A DNA stretch of 64,000 nt from Candidatus Aminicenantes bacterium (GTDB lineage: Bacteria; Acidobacteriota; Aminicenantia; Aminicenantales; Saccharicenantaceae), in contig CAVQXL010000004.1 in assembly GCA_963717865.1 (NCBI GenBank), forward strand, positions 1,570,006 to 1,634,005, in the 5' to 3' direction. Below the pieces are notes generated by a model. That model was not told the DNA's origin. It worked only from the letters and a program-made list of their open reading frames with translations, and ran no database searches. How positions within the stretch are numbered: position 1 is the stretch's first letter; each line of letters opens with the position of its first letter. Positions 20,690-35,858 of the stretch are shown piece after piece. Position numbers and translations under genes: made by a program.

Positions 20690-22627
20690 CTAAACGATGA
20701 TCCGGATGAGCCAGGAGAGGAGGATGGCCACGCCGATGCTAAGGCCGGCGGAGAGAAATGCGACCTTCTTTCCGATCTCCTTCCAGAGGATCGCAAATGT
20801 GGACAGGCAGGGGATGAAGAAGCTGACGAACACCGTGAAAACAAGGAGCTGTTGTTTTGTGATGACGGAGAGGAGGTCCCCGTAGCCGGTCCCGAGGGCC
20901 TGGAGCATCATGATGAGGGAGAGCTCCTTGCGCAGGAACCCGAAGATGAGCGTCACGCCGAGCTCCCGGGGCAGGCCGAGGGCGCCCGATACGAGCGGCG
21001 CCAGGACCGCGTTGATCATCCGGTCGGCGTGGATGGACTGCAGCAATCCGAGGAAGACACTGCCCGCGATGAGGAGCGGCCAAGCGAAGCCGACGAACGA
21101 CCGGAGCTGAAAATAGGTCTTCTGGAGGACGTTCCCGAGGCGGGGGCGCTTCAGGGTCGGGATCTCCAGGATGAGGCCAGGGGACGGCGCCTTCGTGAAC
21201 GAGGAGAGGATCTTGCCGAGGACGGCAACGAGGAGGATGTTGGCGGCGTAGAAAGCCAGCGCCGCCCACGGCCCCAGGGCGAAGGCGACGAGGGCCAGGA
21301 TGATCGTCGTCCTGGCCGAGCACGGGATGAACGGGATGAGAAGCGAGGTGATGACACGGTCGCGGCGCGACTCCAGGATGCGCGTCGATATGATGGCGGG
21401 CACGTTGCAGCCGAAGCCGAGGATGAACGGCGATACGGATTTCCCATGGAGGCCGATGTGGTGCATGAAGGCATCGAGGAGGAACCCGGCCCGCGCCAGA
21501 TAGCCGAGGTCCTCGAGGAAGGCCATCAGGACGAGCAGGGGGATGAAATACGGCAGGACGATGGCGATCCCGCCTCCGATGCCCTGGACGAGGCCGTCGG
21601 CCAGATGGAAGAGGATGTTCGAGCCGAGATGCTGTTTGAGGAACACGCTGATGTCCGCGAAGGGCTTGAGGAGGAGCCCTTCGAGCGGGTTCCCGATCTT
21701 GAAAATGAGGACGAAGAAGGCCATGAAGACGGCCAAGAGGATGACGTATCCGTAGAACGGGTGCATGATCACGGCGTCGATCCGCTTGTCCCAGGAGATG
21801 CCCTTTCCCCGCGTGACCCGGCTGGTCTCCTCCGCGATCTTCAAGGCCAGGTGGTGGCGCTCCGCGGCGACGACCTCATAGGCCGGCATGTCCCGGCCCG
21901 ATTCGAGCGCCGCCCGGACGCGTTCGACCTCGCTTTTCAACCCCGGCTCCAGCTCGCCGAGCATCCGGTCGCAGAAGAGGCGGTCGGCTTCGATCATCTT
22001 GACCGCCGTGAACCTCCGGCCGGCCACCAGGGGAAAATCCGCCGGAAGGAGCCGGGCCATCTCGTCGACCCTGGACTCGACGTCCCGCGACCACGACGGG
22101 GGGCTCGGCATGACCGGGTGTTCCAGGACGCGGAACGCTTCGTCCAGGAGCTCCTTGACGCCGCGGCCGCGCGAGGCGATGACGGGGACGACGGGAACGC
22201 CGAGCCGCGCGGCCAGCTTGGCCGCATCGATCTTGATCCCCTTTTTTTCGGCCAGGTCGAGCATATTGAGCGCGACGACCATCGGCCTGCCGAGCTCGAT
22301 AAGCTCCAGCGTGAACTCGAGACTGCGGCCCAATATGGAAGCGTCCACGACGTTGATGACGAGGTCCGGCTTCTCGGAGAACAGGTGCCTCAGGGCCGTC
22401 CGTTCGGCCGGATCGGCCGGGCAGAGGGAGTAGGTGCCGGGAAGGTCGACGATGTCGAGGAGCCGCCCCTCGACGGCCACCCGGCTGTGGGTGTGCTTGA
22501 CGGTCGTCCCCGGAAAGTTCGAGGTCTCGGCCTTCAGCCCGGCGATGGAGTTGAACAGCGTGCTCTTGCCGCAATTGGGCTGGCCGACGAAAACGACCGC
22601 CGGAACGTCAGGGGCGGCCATCCGCAA
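20690..22627 (-). CDS. feoB: Ferrous iron transporter B
   Basis: GQPNCGKS, NFPGTT, DLPGTY, NMLD, LEDLGYLAR, GFGCNVPA, PCSAR. Confidence 0.93.
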   Translation of the reverse strand: MRMAAPDVPAVVFVGQPNCGKSTLFNSIAGLKAETSNFPGTTVKHTHSRVAVEGRLLDIVDLPGTYSLCPADPAERTALRHLFSEKPDLVINVVDASILGRSLEFTLELIELGRPMVVALNMLDLAEKKGIKIDAAKLAARLGVPVVPVIASRGRGVKELLDEAFRVLEHPVMPSPPSWSRDVESRVDEMARLLPADFPLVAGRRFTAVKMIEADRLFCDRMLGELEPGLKSEVERVRAALESGRDMPAYEVVAAERHHLALKIAEETSRVTRGKGISWDKRIDAVIMHPFYGYVILLAVFMAFFVLIFKIGNPLEGLLLKPFADISVFLKQHLGSNILFHLADGLVQGIGGGIAIVLPYFIPLLVLMAFLEDLGYLARAGFLLDAFMHHIGLHGKSVSPFILGFGCNVPAIISTRILESRRDRVITSLLIPFIPCSARTTIILALVAFALGPWAALAFYAANILLVAVLGKILSSFTKAPSPGLILEIPTLKRPRLGNVLQKTYFQLRSFVGFAWPLLIAGSVFLGLLQSIHADRMINAVLAPLVSGALGLPRELGVTLIFGFLRKELSLIMMLQALGTGYGDLLSVITKQQLLVFTVFVSFFIPCLSTFAILWKEIGKKVAFLSAGLSIGVAILLSWLIRIIV

Positions 22628-22850
22628 CCTCGACCCTGATCTTCCGGGCGATGCCCCTGCCGAGGGCGACGCGGCTGTCGGAGGCGGTGTTCCGGACGAG
22701 GATGGGGCCTCTCAGGATGGCCGCCGAGTCCAGCTCGATGATGTCGCCGGGATGGAAGCCCATGGACAGGAGCCGTCTTCGGACGACTTCGCCGCCGGCG
22801 ATCCCCAGGATCCGCAGGGGCCTGGCCATGGGGGCGTCGGAAAGGTTCAT
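22608..22850 (-). CDS. feoA: Ferrous iron transport protein A
   Basis: RRLLSMGFHPG...GPI...RVALGRGIA.KI.V, directly upstream of feoB. Confidence 0.88.
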   Translation of the reverse strand: MNLSDAPMARPLRILGIAGGEVVRRRLLSMGFHPGDIIELDSAAILRGPILVRNTASDSRVALGRGIARKIRVEVADGRP

Positions 22851-22969
22851 GGGTGCGCTCACATTCTCGCCGTTCTTGCAGGCCATTATAGCCTATCGGG
22901 CGCTCAAAATGAACCCGCCGGGGCTCCCGCCGCTTGCTCGGGGAGTCCGGCTCCGATATAATCGCGGAC

Positions 22970-24979
22970 ATGAAGAGCGCGCTCGCCGTCCTCATGGCCG
23001 GGACGGCCCTCCTGGGCGCCCTTGCCTGCGGGACGCGGACCACTTCCCGGGACCTTCCGGCGACGTTCGTCTGGGACAAGGACCAGTCCTCCATCGAACC
23101 GGCATCGGGCCGGATGAACGTCTGGGGAGGCTTCGAGGTCGGGGACGACGCCTTCTCCGCGACAAAGAACATGTCGCGCTTCGTCCTGTGGCGGAAGGCC
23201 GGGTCGGATGCCCGGATCTCCATCCAGTACGTTCTCCAGGGGAAGTCCTGCCGTTTCCTTGTCAACGGCGCCGCCGCGGGCAGGCTCGATCCTTCGCCGA
23301 GGCCCGCGTCCGTTTCATTCCCCGCCCGGCTGAACGCCGGCTTCAATTTCCTGGAATTCGACAAGGCGACCAACGACGTCCTCCGGATCCGTTCGGTCCT
23401 TGCCGGGCCGCAGGAGGAGAACCGCCGGCGCCGCCATCTCGGCGAGGGCGAATCCCTGACCGTAGGGACCGGGAGGACGAAGGGAAGGCTGGTGTTCGCG
23501 GGGCACGGCGCCCTGAGGATCACCGAAGTCTCGTTCCGCGCGGGACGGGAGGCCGTCCGGACCTTCGAGCGGAGGCCGGGTTTCTTCTCGCGGAGGATCG
23601 TCTACGAATACGATGATCCGACGCCGGGCCACGCCACGTTCTCGCCGAAGTCCGGGAGCTTCGACGTCGTCGAATATTCCTCCGTTCCGGTCGAAAGCGC
23701 GCCGGCCCCCGGGGCCCCGGCGTTCCCGGGCCGGCCCGACATATTCATCATCCTGCTCGACGCCTGCCGGCCCGACCACTTGGGCCTCTACGGCTACGCG
23801 CGGCCGACGTCGGCGAATCTTGACCGCCTGGCCGAGGACGCCGTCGTCTTCGAGAACGCTTATGCCAATGCGTCGTTCACCCGCTCCAGCGTGGCCACGC
23901 TGTTCACGGGCCTATACCCCGAAAGCCATAAGGTCCGCATCCTGGTGAACAAGCTCTCCGAGCGCCTCCTGACCGTTCCCGCCTACCTCAAAGCCAAGGG
24001 CTACCGGACGTCCCTGTTCACGACCACCGGGAACGTCTCGCAGAACGTGGGATTCGCGCGCGGCGTGGACGACTACTTCCATTACATCGGGGACTGGAGC
24101 AAGCGGGAGGGCAAGAGCCTGCCCGCCAATTTCGAGGGCTGGCTGGCCCATGAGGGCCCGCGCTTCAGCTATGTCCACTTCATGGAGCCTCACCTGCCCA
24201 TCGTCCCCCCGCCGCCCTACCTGGACATGTTCTCGGCCCCGAAGGACAGGGCCTTCGTCCACGGGGTCCTCGAGGAGTTCCAACGGAGGATCGAAGCCGC
24301 GGGTCCGTTCAGCCCCGAAGAGGTCCGGGCGGTCGTCGACAACTACGACTCGGCCATCGCCTATATCGACGGGGAGGTGGGAAAGCTCCTGAAGAGCCTC
24401 AAGGACCGGGACGCTTACGACGAGAGCCTGATCATCGTCCTTTCGGACCACGGAGAATCGCTCTACGAGCGGAAGTTCTGGGGCCACGGGCTGAAGGTCT
24501 ACGAGGAAACGACCCGCGTGCCGCTCATCGTCAAGTTCCCTTCGGCCGCCGGCCTCAAGGGACGGGTCAAGGGGATCGTCGAGCTCGCCGGCGCGTTCCC
24601 CACCCTGATCGACCTCTTCGGCCAGGAGATCGGGCTCGACGGGACGAGCTGGCTCCCGGCGGTCGCCGCCCGGGACGAGGACGACGCCATGGCGGTGTCC
24701 CGCTCGTTCTCCGACGTCGGCGACTTCGGGCTCCGCTGGCGCGACTGGTATGCGATCATCAACCTGGCCACGGGCGCGGAGACCCTTTACCGCCGCGCCG
24801 AGCCGGTCTTTGCCGAGGCCGGGGCCGGGACGGAAGCCATCCGGCTCCAGCTCAAGGTCCGGTTCCTCGAATGGCTCGTCCGGTTCGCCGAGCGCGACGA
24901 CCGGCCGGTTCCCGCGGACCTCCGGTCGTTGCCCAGGAACGAGCTGGAGAACCTCAGATCCCTGGGATATATCAAGTGA
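22970..24979 (+). CDS. Lipoprotein with a C-terminal sulfatase/alkaline-phosphatase-superfamily domain
   Basis: Lipobox ALAC; PDIFIILLDACRPDHL..YGY.R.TS, HFMEPH, YDSAI, SDHGE, LRSLGYI. Confidence 0.8.
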   Translation: MKSALAVLMAGTALLGALACGTRTTSRDLPATFVWDKDQSSIEPASGRMNVWGGFEVGDDAFSATKNMSRFVLWRKAGSDARISIQYVLQGKSCRFLVNGAAAGRLDPSPRPASVSFPARLNAGFNFLEFDKATNDVLRIRSVLAGPQEENRRRRHLGEGESLTVGTGRTKGRLVFAGHGALRITEVSFRAGREAVRTFERRPGFFSRRIVYEYDDPTPGHATFSPKSGSFDVVEYSSVPVESAPAPGAPAFPGRPDIFIILLDACRPDHLGLYGYARPTSANLDRLAEDAVVFENAYANASFTRSSVATLFTGLYPESHKVRILVNKLSERLLTVPAYLKAKGYRTSLFTTTGNVSQNVGFARGVDDYFHYIGDWSKREGKSLPANFEGWLAHEGPRFSYVHFMEPHLPIVPPPPYLDMFSAPKDRAFVHGVLEEFQRRIEAAGPFSPEEVRAVVDNYDSAIAYIDGEVGKLLKSLKDRDAYDESLIIVLSDHGESLYERKFWGHGLKVYEETTRVPLIVKFPSAAGLKGRVKGIVELAGAFPTLIDLFGQEIGLDGTSWLPAVAARDEDDAMAVSRSFSDVGDFGLRWRDWYAIINLATGAETLYRRAEPVFAEAGAGTEAIRLQLKVRFLEWLVRFAERDDRPVPADLRSLPRNELENLRSLGYIK

Positions 24980-26124
24980 GCGTCTCCCCTTCCGAGCGGA
25001 AAGGCCTCCGGACCTGGATCGAGCTCAGCCGCTCGGCCGTCGCCCACAACCTGCGGGTCTTCCGCCGCCTCCTCGAGCCCGGCTGCCGGATCATGGCCGT
25101 GGCCAAGTCGAACGCCTATGGCCACGGCCTATACGACCTCGTCCCCCTCCTCGAGGAGCAAGGGATCGACGCCGTCGGCGTGGATTCCATCGTCGAGGCG
25201 GTCACCCTGAGGCGGAAGGGCGTGAGGAAGCCCATTCTCGTCATGGGCTACACGCTCCCCAGCCGCTTCGGGGACGCCGCCCGGAACGGCGTGGCCATCA
25301 CCGTCTCGAGCTTCGAAAGCCTCCGGGCCCTGGCTTCGGCCGAGGACGGACGGAAGATCCGGGTCCACATCAAAGTCGATACAGGCATGCATCGTCAGGG
25401 CTTCCTCCCGGCCCAGCTTCCCCGGGTCCTGCGGTTCCTCAAGTCCCGGCCCGGGCGATTCGCGGTCGAAGGCATTTATACGCATTTCGCGGCGGCCAAG
25501 AACCCCGGCGGGACGGTCGCCACTCGGGGCCAGATCGCCGAATTCGAGGCCGCGGCCGCCGCCTTCGCCCGGGAGGGCTTCCGGCCGGTCCGTCACGCTT
25601 CGGCCACGGCCGGAGTCCTCAACTTCCCCGAGGCGCATTTCGATATGGCCCGGATCGGCATCGGGCTCACGGGATACTGGCCGTCCGCGGAGACGCGGCG
25701 CGCCTGGGAGGACCGGATCTCGCTCCGGCCGGTCCTGTCCTGGAGGACGCTCGTCGCGGAGACCAAGCTCCTTCCGGCCGGCGCCTCCCTGGGCTACGAT
25801 CTCACCGAGCGCCTGAGCCGCGATTCGAAGATCGGGATCTGCCCCGTCGGTTACTGGCACGGCTATCCCCTGGCCTTGTCCGGAAAAGGCCAAGTGATCG
25901 TCCGCGGGCGGAAGGTCCGGGTCCTCGGCCGGGTGTCGATGGATATGCTGGTCATCGACCTCACCGACGCCGGCCCGGCGAAGGCCGGCGATATCGTCAC
26001 GCTGATCGGCCGGGACAGGGGCGAGACCATCGAAGCCGACGGGGCCGCCCGGCTCGCAGGCACGACCGTCTACGAGTTCCTGACCCGCCTCAACCCGCTC
26101 CTTCGGAAGATCCCCGTCCGCTGA
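24976..26124 (+). CDS. alr: Alanine racemase
   Basis: AVAKSNAYGHG, HIKVDTGMHRQG, GRVSMD, YEFLTRL. Confidence 0.92.
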   Translation: MSVSPSERKGLRTWIELSRSAVAHNLRVFRRLLEPGCRIMAVAKSNAYGHGLYDLVPLLEEQGIDAVGVDSIVEAVTLRRKGVRKPILVMGYTLPSRFGDAARNGVAITVSSFESLRALASAEDGRKIRVHIKVDTGMHRQGFLPAQLPRVLRFLKSRPGRFAVEGIYTHFAAAKNPGGTVATRGQIAEFEAAAAAFAREGFRPVRHASATAGVLNFPEAHFDMARIGIGLTGYWPSAETRRAWEDRISLRPVLSWRTLVAETKLLPAGASLGYDLTERLSRDSKIGICPVGYWHGYPLALSGKGQVIVRGRKVRVLGRVSMDMLVIDLTDAGPAKAGDIVTLIGRDRGETIEADGAARLAGTTVYEFLTRLNPLLRKIPVR

Positions 26125-26170
26125 CCCCCCCAAATTGACTTTCAGGGGCCGTTCTGTTAATAAATAGGAA

Positions 26171-30695
<4,525 letters not shown>

Positions 30696-30704
<9 letters not shown>

Positions 30705-31061
30705 GGTATTCGTATCCTTGATGCGGTTCCTCGCGTCGACGAGGACGACCCGCGGCATGAAATAATCCGTTTCGGAGTCGTCGAGGACCGTATACGCGGC
30801 GATAATGATCCTGTCCCCGACCCCCGCCTTGCGGGCGGCGGCGCCGTAGATCGCCACCGTCCCCGATCCCGGCGCGGCCTTGATCAGGTAGGTCGCGAAA
30901 CGCTCGCCGTTGTCGACGTTATAGACCTCGACGCGCTCGTAAGGGAGGAGGTCGGCCGCTTTCATCAGGTCCTCGTCGAGGCCGAGGCTTCCTTCGTATT
31001 CCGCATCGGCGGCCGTAACGACGGCCCGGTGGACCTTGCTCTTGAGGATGTTTCTATTCAT
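30696..31061 (-). CDS. panD: Aspartate 1-decarboxylase
   Basis: KSKVHRAVVT.A...YEGS, NGERFATY, GAAAR. Confidence 0.92.
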
Positions 31062-31921
31062 GTTCGATCCTTTCCCGCCGGGGAGATCCGGACGTTGTCG
31101 ATCAATCGGGTCCGGCCGACATAAACGGCCATGGCGATCAGGGCCGCCCGGTCGATGCGTTCTAGAGGCAGAAGGGTCGCGGGGTCCACGATCTCGGCAT
31201 AGTCGAGCCGGGCGAGGGGCTCGGCCGCGACGGCCTCCCGGATCCGGCCCGCGACGACGCCGGCGTCCTGCTCTCCCGCTTCGACCGAACGGCCGGCCTC
31301 GGCCAGGCTCCGTGAGAGGACGAGCGCGGCTTTCCTTTCTTCGGCCGAAAGATATCTGTTCCGGGAGCTTAGGGCCAGTCCGTCCGCGTCCCGGACCAGG
31401 GGGAGGGCTTCGATACGGACGTCCAGGTCGAGGTCGGCGGCCATCTTCTTGAGGATGATGACCTGCTGGGCATCCTTCCAGCCGAAGTAGGCGACGTCGG
31501 GCCCGACGATGTTGAGGAGCTTGAGGACGACGGTCGCGACGCCCCGGAAGTGGCCGGGCCTCGACCGGCCGCAGAGCCGGTCCTGGAGGTCCTCCACCTC
31601 GACATAGGTCCGATAGCCTTCCGGATACATCTCCGCGGGCTCGGGATGGAAAACATAGTCCACCCCCTCCCTTTCGAGCAGGCCGGCGTCCCGCTCGAGG
31701 TCCCTCGGGTAAGTCCGGAGGTCCTCCTTGGGGCCGAACTGGGCGGGATTGACGAAGATGGATACGACGGCGACGTCGGTCCCGGCCCGGCATGCCCGGA
31801 CCAGGCTGAGGTGCCCTTCGTGCAGATAGCCCATGGTCGGGACGAGGCCTATCCGCGCCCCGAGCGCCCGGCGCTCGCGGGACGCGGCCCTCATTTCGGC
31901 GATCGTCCGGACGATCCTCAT
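31058..31921 (-). CDS. panC: Pantoate-beta-alanine ligase
   Basis: VPTMGYLHEGHLSL, SIFVNPAQF, RPGHFRGV, GLALSSRN, TRLIDN; has its own GGAGG RBS. Confidence 0.93.
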   Translation of the reverse strand: MRIVRTIAEMRAASRERRALGARIGLVPTMGYLHEGHLSLVRACRAGTDVAVVSIFVNPAQFGPKEDLRTYPRDLERDAGLLEREGVDYVFHPEPAEMYPEGYRTYVEVEDLQDRLCGRSRPGHFRGVATVVLKLLNIVGPDVAYFGWKDAQQVIILKKMAADLDLDVRIEALPLVRDADGLALSSRNRYLSAEERKAALVLSRSLAEAGRSVEAGEQDAGVVAGRIREAVAAEPLARLDYAEIVDPATLLPLERIDRAALIAMAVYVGRTRLIDNVRISPAGKDRT

Positions 31922-32812
31922 CGCGCCCTCCCGCGTTCTCCGGGCCCTCGGGCGACCGAGCGCCCCGAGGATCCGGCGGGCCTCGGCGGGCTTGAGGTGG
32001 TAGGAGGTTTCGTCGTCGGGGAACGTCCCCTTCCGGACGTCGGCGGCGTAACGGCGGACGGCGTCACCGATGACCGAATCGAGGTCCGCGTATTTCCGGA
32101 CGAACTTCGGGAGGTATCCCGTCGCGTAGCCCGCCATGTCGTGGAAGACCAGGACCTGGCCGTCGCAGTGAGGCCCGGCGCCGATGCCGATGGTCGGGAT
32201 CTCGAGCCGCGACGTGACCTCGCGGGCGATCTCCATCGGCACCGATTCCAGGACGACGGCGAACGCCCCGGCCCGCTCGAGGTCCCGGGCCCCCGCGATG
32301 ATCCGCCGGGCCTCTTCGAGGGTCGTCCCCTGGACCTTGTAAGCCCCGAGGCCGCAGATGGACTGGGGCGTCAGGCCCACGTGGCCCATGACGGGGACCT
32401 CGGCCTCGACGAGGGCCTCGACGAGCTTCAGCCGCCCGGCGGAGGCGCCTTCGATCTTGACCCCGCCCGCCCCGGCCTCCTTGAGGAAGCGGGCCGCGTT
32501 CCGGACGGATTCCTCGACCGAAAGGTGGAAGGAAAGGTAGGGCATGTCCCCGACGACCAGGGCGCGGCGTGCCGCCCGGGCCACGGCTTTTGTATGGTGG
32601 AGCATATCTTCCATGGTCACCGGGATGGTGCTCGCGTGGCCGAGAACGACCATTCCCAGGGAATCGCCGACGAGGAGGACATCGATGCCGCTGTCGTCGA
32701 GGATGCGGGCGGTCGGGAAGTCATAGGCGGTCAGGACCGCGATCCTCTCCCCCGCCGCCTTCATGGCGCGGAGCGACGGAGCGGTGACCTTGGGGGGATT
32801 CTGTACGGACAT
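31918..32812 (-). CDS. panB: 3-methyl-2-oxobutanoate hydroxymethyltransferase
   Basis: LTAYD, LVGDSLGM, VKIEG, GHVGLTPQS, IGIGAG...DGQVLV. Confidence 0.93.
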
Positions 32813-32831
32813 CGGACCTTCCTTTCTCCCC

Positions 32832-32915
32832 ATCCCGCCCGTGGCGGGATTGAGGTAAAGAGCGTTATTCGCCTTCCTCGGGAGTCGCGGCACCCGAAAG
32901 GGTGTCCGCGCTCCC
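32832..32915 (-). ncRNA. Structured 5' leader of panBCD, candidate pan RNA motif
   Basis: Hairpin GGGAG-CGCGG-A-CACCC-UUUC-GGGUG-CCGCG-A-CUCCC with two bulged A, plus a second hairpin AUCCCGCC/GGCGGGAU. Confidence 0.45.
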
Positions 32916-32925
32916 CTTCATTGTA

Positions 32926-33595
32926 TCATTTTTTCGGGGGTTTGGCCCCGAAGCTCTGGGGGACGTAGTAAAGGTTGCCCTTCTTCATCTGCCGGATCTG
33001 CTCGAGGAGGTCGTCGACGTCGTCCTCGCGGCCGAGGTCCAGGTCGTCGGCCTTGACGACGAGGAGCGGGGCCGCCTGGTAGTTGAAGAAGAAGTAATCG
33101 AAGGCTTCGACGATGTCCTCGAGGTACTTCTCGGAGATGTTCTTCTCCATCGGGTCCCCTTCCCGGGCGATCCGCCGGAGCAAGCGTCGGCAGGGAGATC
33201 TGGAGGTAGATGACGAGGTCGGGCTTGGGGACCCGCTCGGCGAGGATGCCGTAGATCTTGTCGTAGACGAGGAGCTCGTCGTCCGAGAGGGTCTGGTAGG
33301 CGTAGATCTTGTCCTTCTCGAAGAGGTAGTCGCAGATGACGCGGTCCACGAAGAGGTCCCGCTGGAAGAGGCGCACCTGCTGGTGGTACCGGTTGGCCAG
33401 GAATACGAGCTGGGCCAGGAAGGCCGCCCCTTCCTTCTCCCCGTAGAAATCCTTCAGGTAGGGGTTGCCGACGTGGTCGAGGACGACCTTCCCTCCCGCG
33501 CGCTGGGCCAGGAGGTTGGCCAGACGGCCCTTGCGGGACTTGAAGACGCCTTCGACGGCGATGTGTTTGAAGGGCAAATCGACGGCGTTCCTCAT
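32926..33595 (-). CDS. Deoxynucleoside kinase family protein, frameshift near 33185
   Basis: IAVEG, NPYLKDFY, QLVFLANRYHQ, PKPDLVIYLQ; Walker A degenerate (GVFKSRKG). Confidence 0.8.
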
Positions 33596-33651
33596 GGGCG
33601 ATCCCGCAAACTGATTCGGTTATATCCGATAAACCGTGTCAAGTCAACGCG

Positions 33652-33852
33652 CTATTTCTGGATCGGCTCCAGGGGGACGACGATCCAGGCGATGACGTAG
33701 AAGATGAGCATCGGCAGGACGGCCGTGACCAGGGCGAGCCCGACGAAGATCAGCCGGACGAGGGACGGGTCGATATCGAAATAGTCGGCGAACCCGCCGC
33801 AGACCCCCCCGAGCATCTTCCGGTTCAGGGACCTTGTCAATCTTTTGGCCAT
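33652..33852 (-). CDS. PspC domain protein
   Basis: KRLTRS..RKMLGGVCGGFADYFDIDPSLVRL...YVIAWIVVP. Confidence 0.85.
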   Translation of the reverse strand: MAKRLTRSLNRKMLGGVCGGFADYFDIDPSLVRLIFVGLALVTAVLPMLIFYVIAWIVVPLEPIQK

Positions 33853-33868
33853 GGGCGACTCCTTGGAC

Positions 33869-35858
33869 CTAGATATTGATACGGATGGGCAGGATAACCG
33901 TCGTGATCCCCCGCCACCGGAGCTCCTGCTGGATGGCGAACGCCGTCTCGTTGTGGAGGAGCCTGTGGAGGAGGTTGGGCTGGCGGAAGACGGACTGCCC
34001 GGCGAAGACGGTCGAGCGCGGGAACTCCTTGGCCGTCTTTTCGCACAGCTCGACGGCCGTATGGACGATGTCGGTCCCGATGTCGAACCTCGATGTCGCC
34101 GCGAAGCCCAGCTTCCGGGCCAGGTCGACGTACTTGGCGAGGTCACAGCTCGTACAGGCCGTCAACGACTGGACCGCGTCCGTGCCCTTGAACGCGCTGA
34201 CGTCCACTTCGGAGACCGACAGGAAGACGAAGTTCTTGTAGAGGCCCGGGAAGCTCCGGATGACCGAGAGGAAGGTATGGACCCCGAATCCGTTGTAGCT
34301 GTTGACGAGCTGGATGGCGGTCATGTTCCTGGGATCGACCGGGTCCCTGTTGACCGGCCCTTTGACGGGCAGGTTCGTCAGCAGCTCGTCCAGCTCCCGG
34401 ACCCCGCCCCTCACCTTGGTGTAATGGGCCCGGGTCAGGTAGCAGAGGACGATGACGACCGCCGTGATGCATAAGGTCAGCCAGCCCCCGTACCGGAACT
34501 TTTCAAGGGCGGTGACGATCAGGATGGTCAGGCACAGCGTCAGGCCCGTCAAGTGGACGGGCAGGTGCTTCTTCCATTCCTTCTCCTTCTGCCGGTTCTT
34601 GATGAAGAACCGGGACATGCCCAAGCTCGGACAGGGAGAAGGTCAGGAAGACGTTGATGGAATACATGACGACGAGCGTCTGGATGTTGCCCCGGGCGTA
34701 CAGGAGGAGAAGGATGGACGCCCCGCCCATGAGCAGGACGCCGTTCTGGATCGTGAACCGGTCCGAGAGCGAGGCGAACCGGTGCGGAAACCAGTAATCG
34801 ACGGCCATGTTGGCCATGACCCGGGGCCCGTCCATGAACCCGGCCTGGGCCCCGACGAGGAGGAGCGCCCCCTCCGAGAAGATCGTGATCAGGGCCAGAA
34901 GCGGCCCGAATCCCCAGCCCTGGTAGAGGGTCGAGGCGAGGACGGCGTTGAGGGTCTTGCCGGCGACCGGCGCGACGCCGAGGAGGAGGTAGCAGATCAG
35001 GATGCCGCCCGCCGTGAAGGCCAGCGACGTCGAGAGGTAGACCATGGTCTTCTTGCCGTTATGGACCCTCGGCTCCCGGAGGATCTGGAGGCCGTTGGAG
35101 ACGGCCTCGATCCCGGTGTAGGTGCCTCCGCCCATGGAGAACGCCCTCAGGAACAGGAGGGCCAGCCCGCCCATGCCCAGCGTCGCGACCCCCTGCTTGA
35201 AATCCCCGCGGATGCCGTGGACGACGGGCGCGATCTGCGGGAGATGGGAAACGATCCCGTAGCCGATCATGAAGAGATGGGTCACGACGAACGTCAGGAA
35301 GATCGGGGCCAGGAAGGTCACGGACTCCTTGATCCCGCGCAGGTTCAGGACGACCAGCATCACGATCGCCAGGATCTCGAACGGGATCTTGAATTCCTGG
35401 AATTGGGCCGGGAAGAAGCTGAAGAGGGCGTCCCCGCAGGCGACGATGGACACGGTGATGGTCAGCATATAGTCGACGAGCAGGGCGCATCCCGAGATGA
35501 CGCCCGCCCTTTCGCCGAGGGTGTGCGTGGCGACGATATAGCCTCCGCCTCCGGAGGGAAAATACTCGATGATCCGGGAGTAGGCGTAGGAAATGATGAA
35601 GACGGTCAGGGCCGTGGCCAGGGCCAGGAAGATCGCCAGGTAGGTGTGCCGGCCAAGGGCCTTGAAGGCCTCCTCGGGACCGTAGGCGGCGGACGACAGC
35701 CCGTCGGCGCCCAGGCCGATCCAGGCCAGGATGGGGATGAGGGCCAGCTTGTGGAAGAGCGACGGGTCCTTGATGTTCTTGGGCCCGCCGATCAGGGTTC
35801 GGCGAACCTTATGCAGAAGAGAGGGATCTTCCTCGGGAGTCTGCGATTCCTGATTCAT
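33869..35858 (-). CDS. APC-superfamily transporter, KimA/YdaO-like (K+/H+ symporter), frameshift near 34625
   Basis: ADGLSSAAYGPEE, GGGGY, LLVDYMLT, LNLRGIKES, TGIEAVSNG, YSINVF; cytoplasmic C-terminal domain. Confidence 0.78.

Noticed and set aside
20561-22639. Long antisense or alternate-frame ORFs (e.g. 692 aa opposite feoB, 528 aa opposite the M14 gene, many Arg/Pro/Gly-rich ORFs)
   Set aside because: Shadow ORFs expected from high GC3 codon bias; they have no motifs and overlap well-supported genes.
31058-32893. Apparent PanB-PanC fusion ORF (611 aa)
   Set aside because: panC has its own GGAGG RBS and an ATGA start/stop overlap at 31918-31921. One indel in the panB tail would explain the read-through, and indels are common in this assembly.
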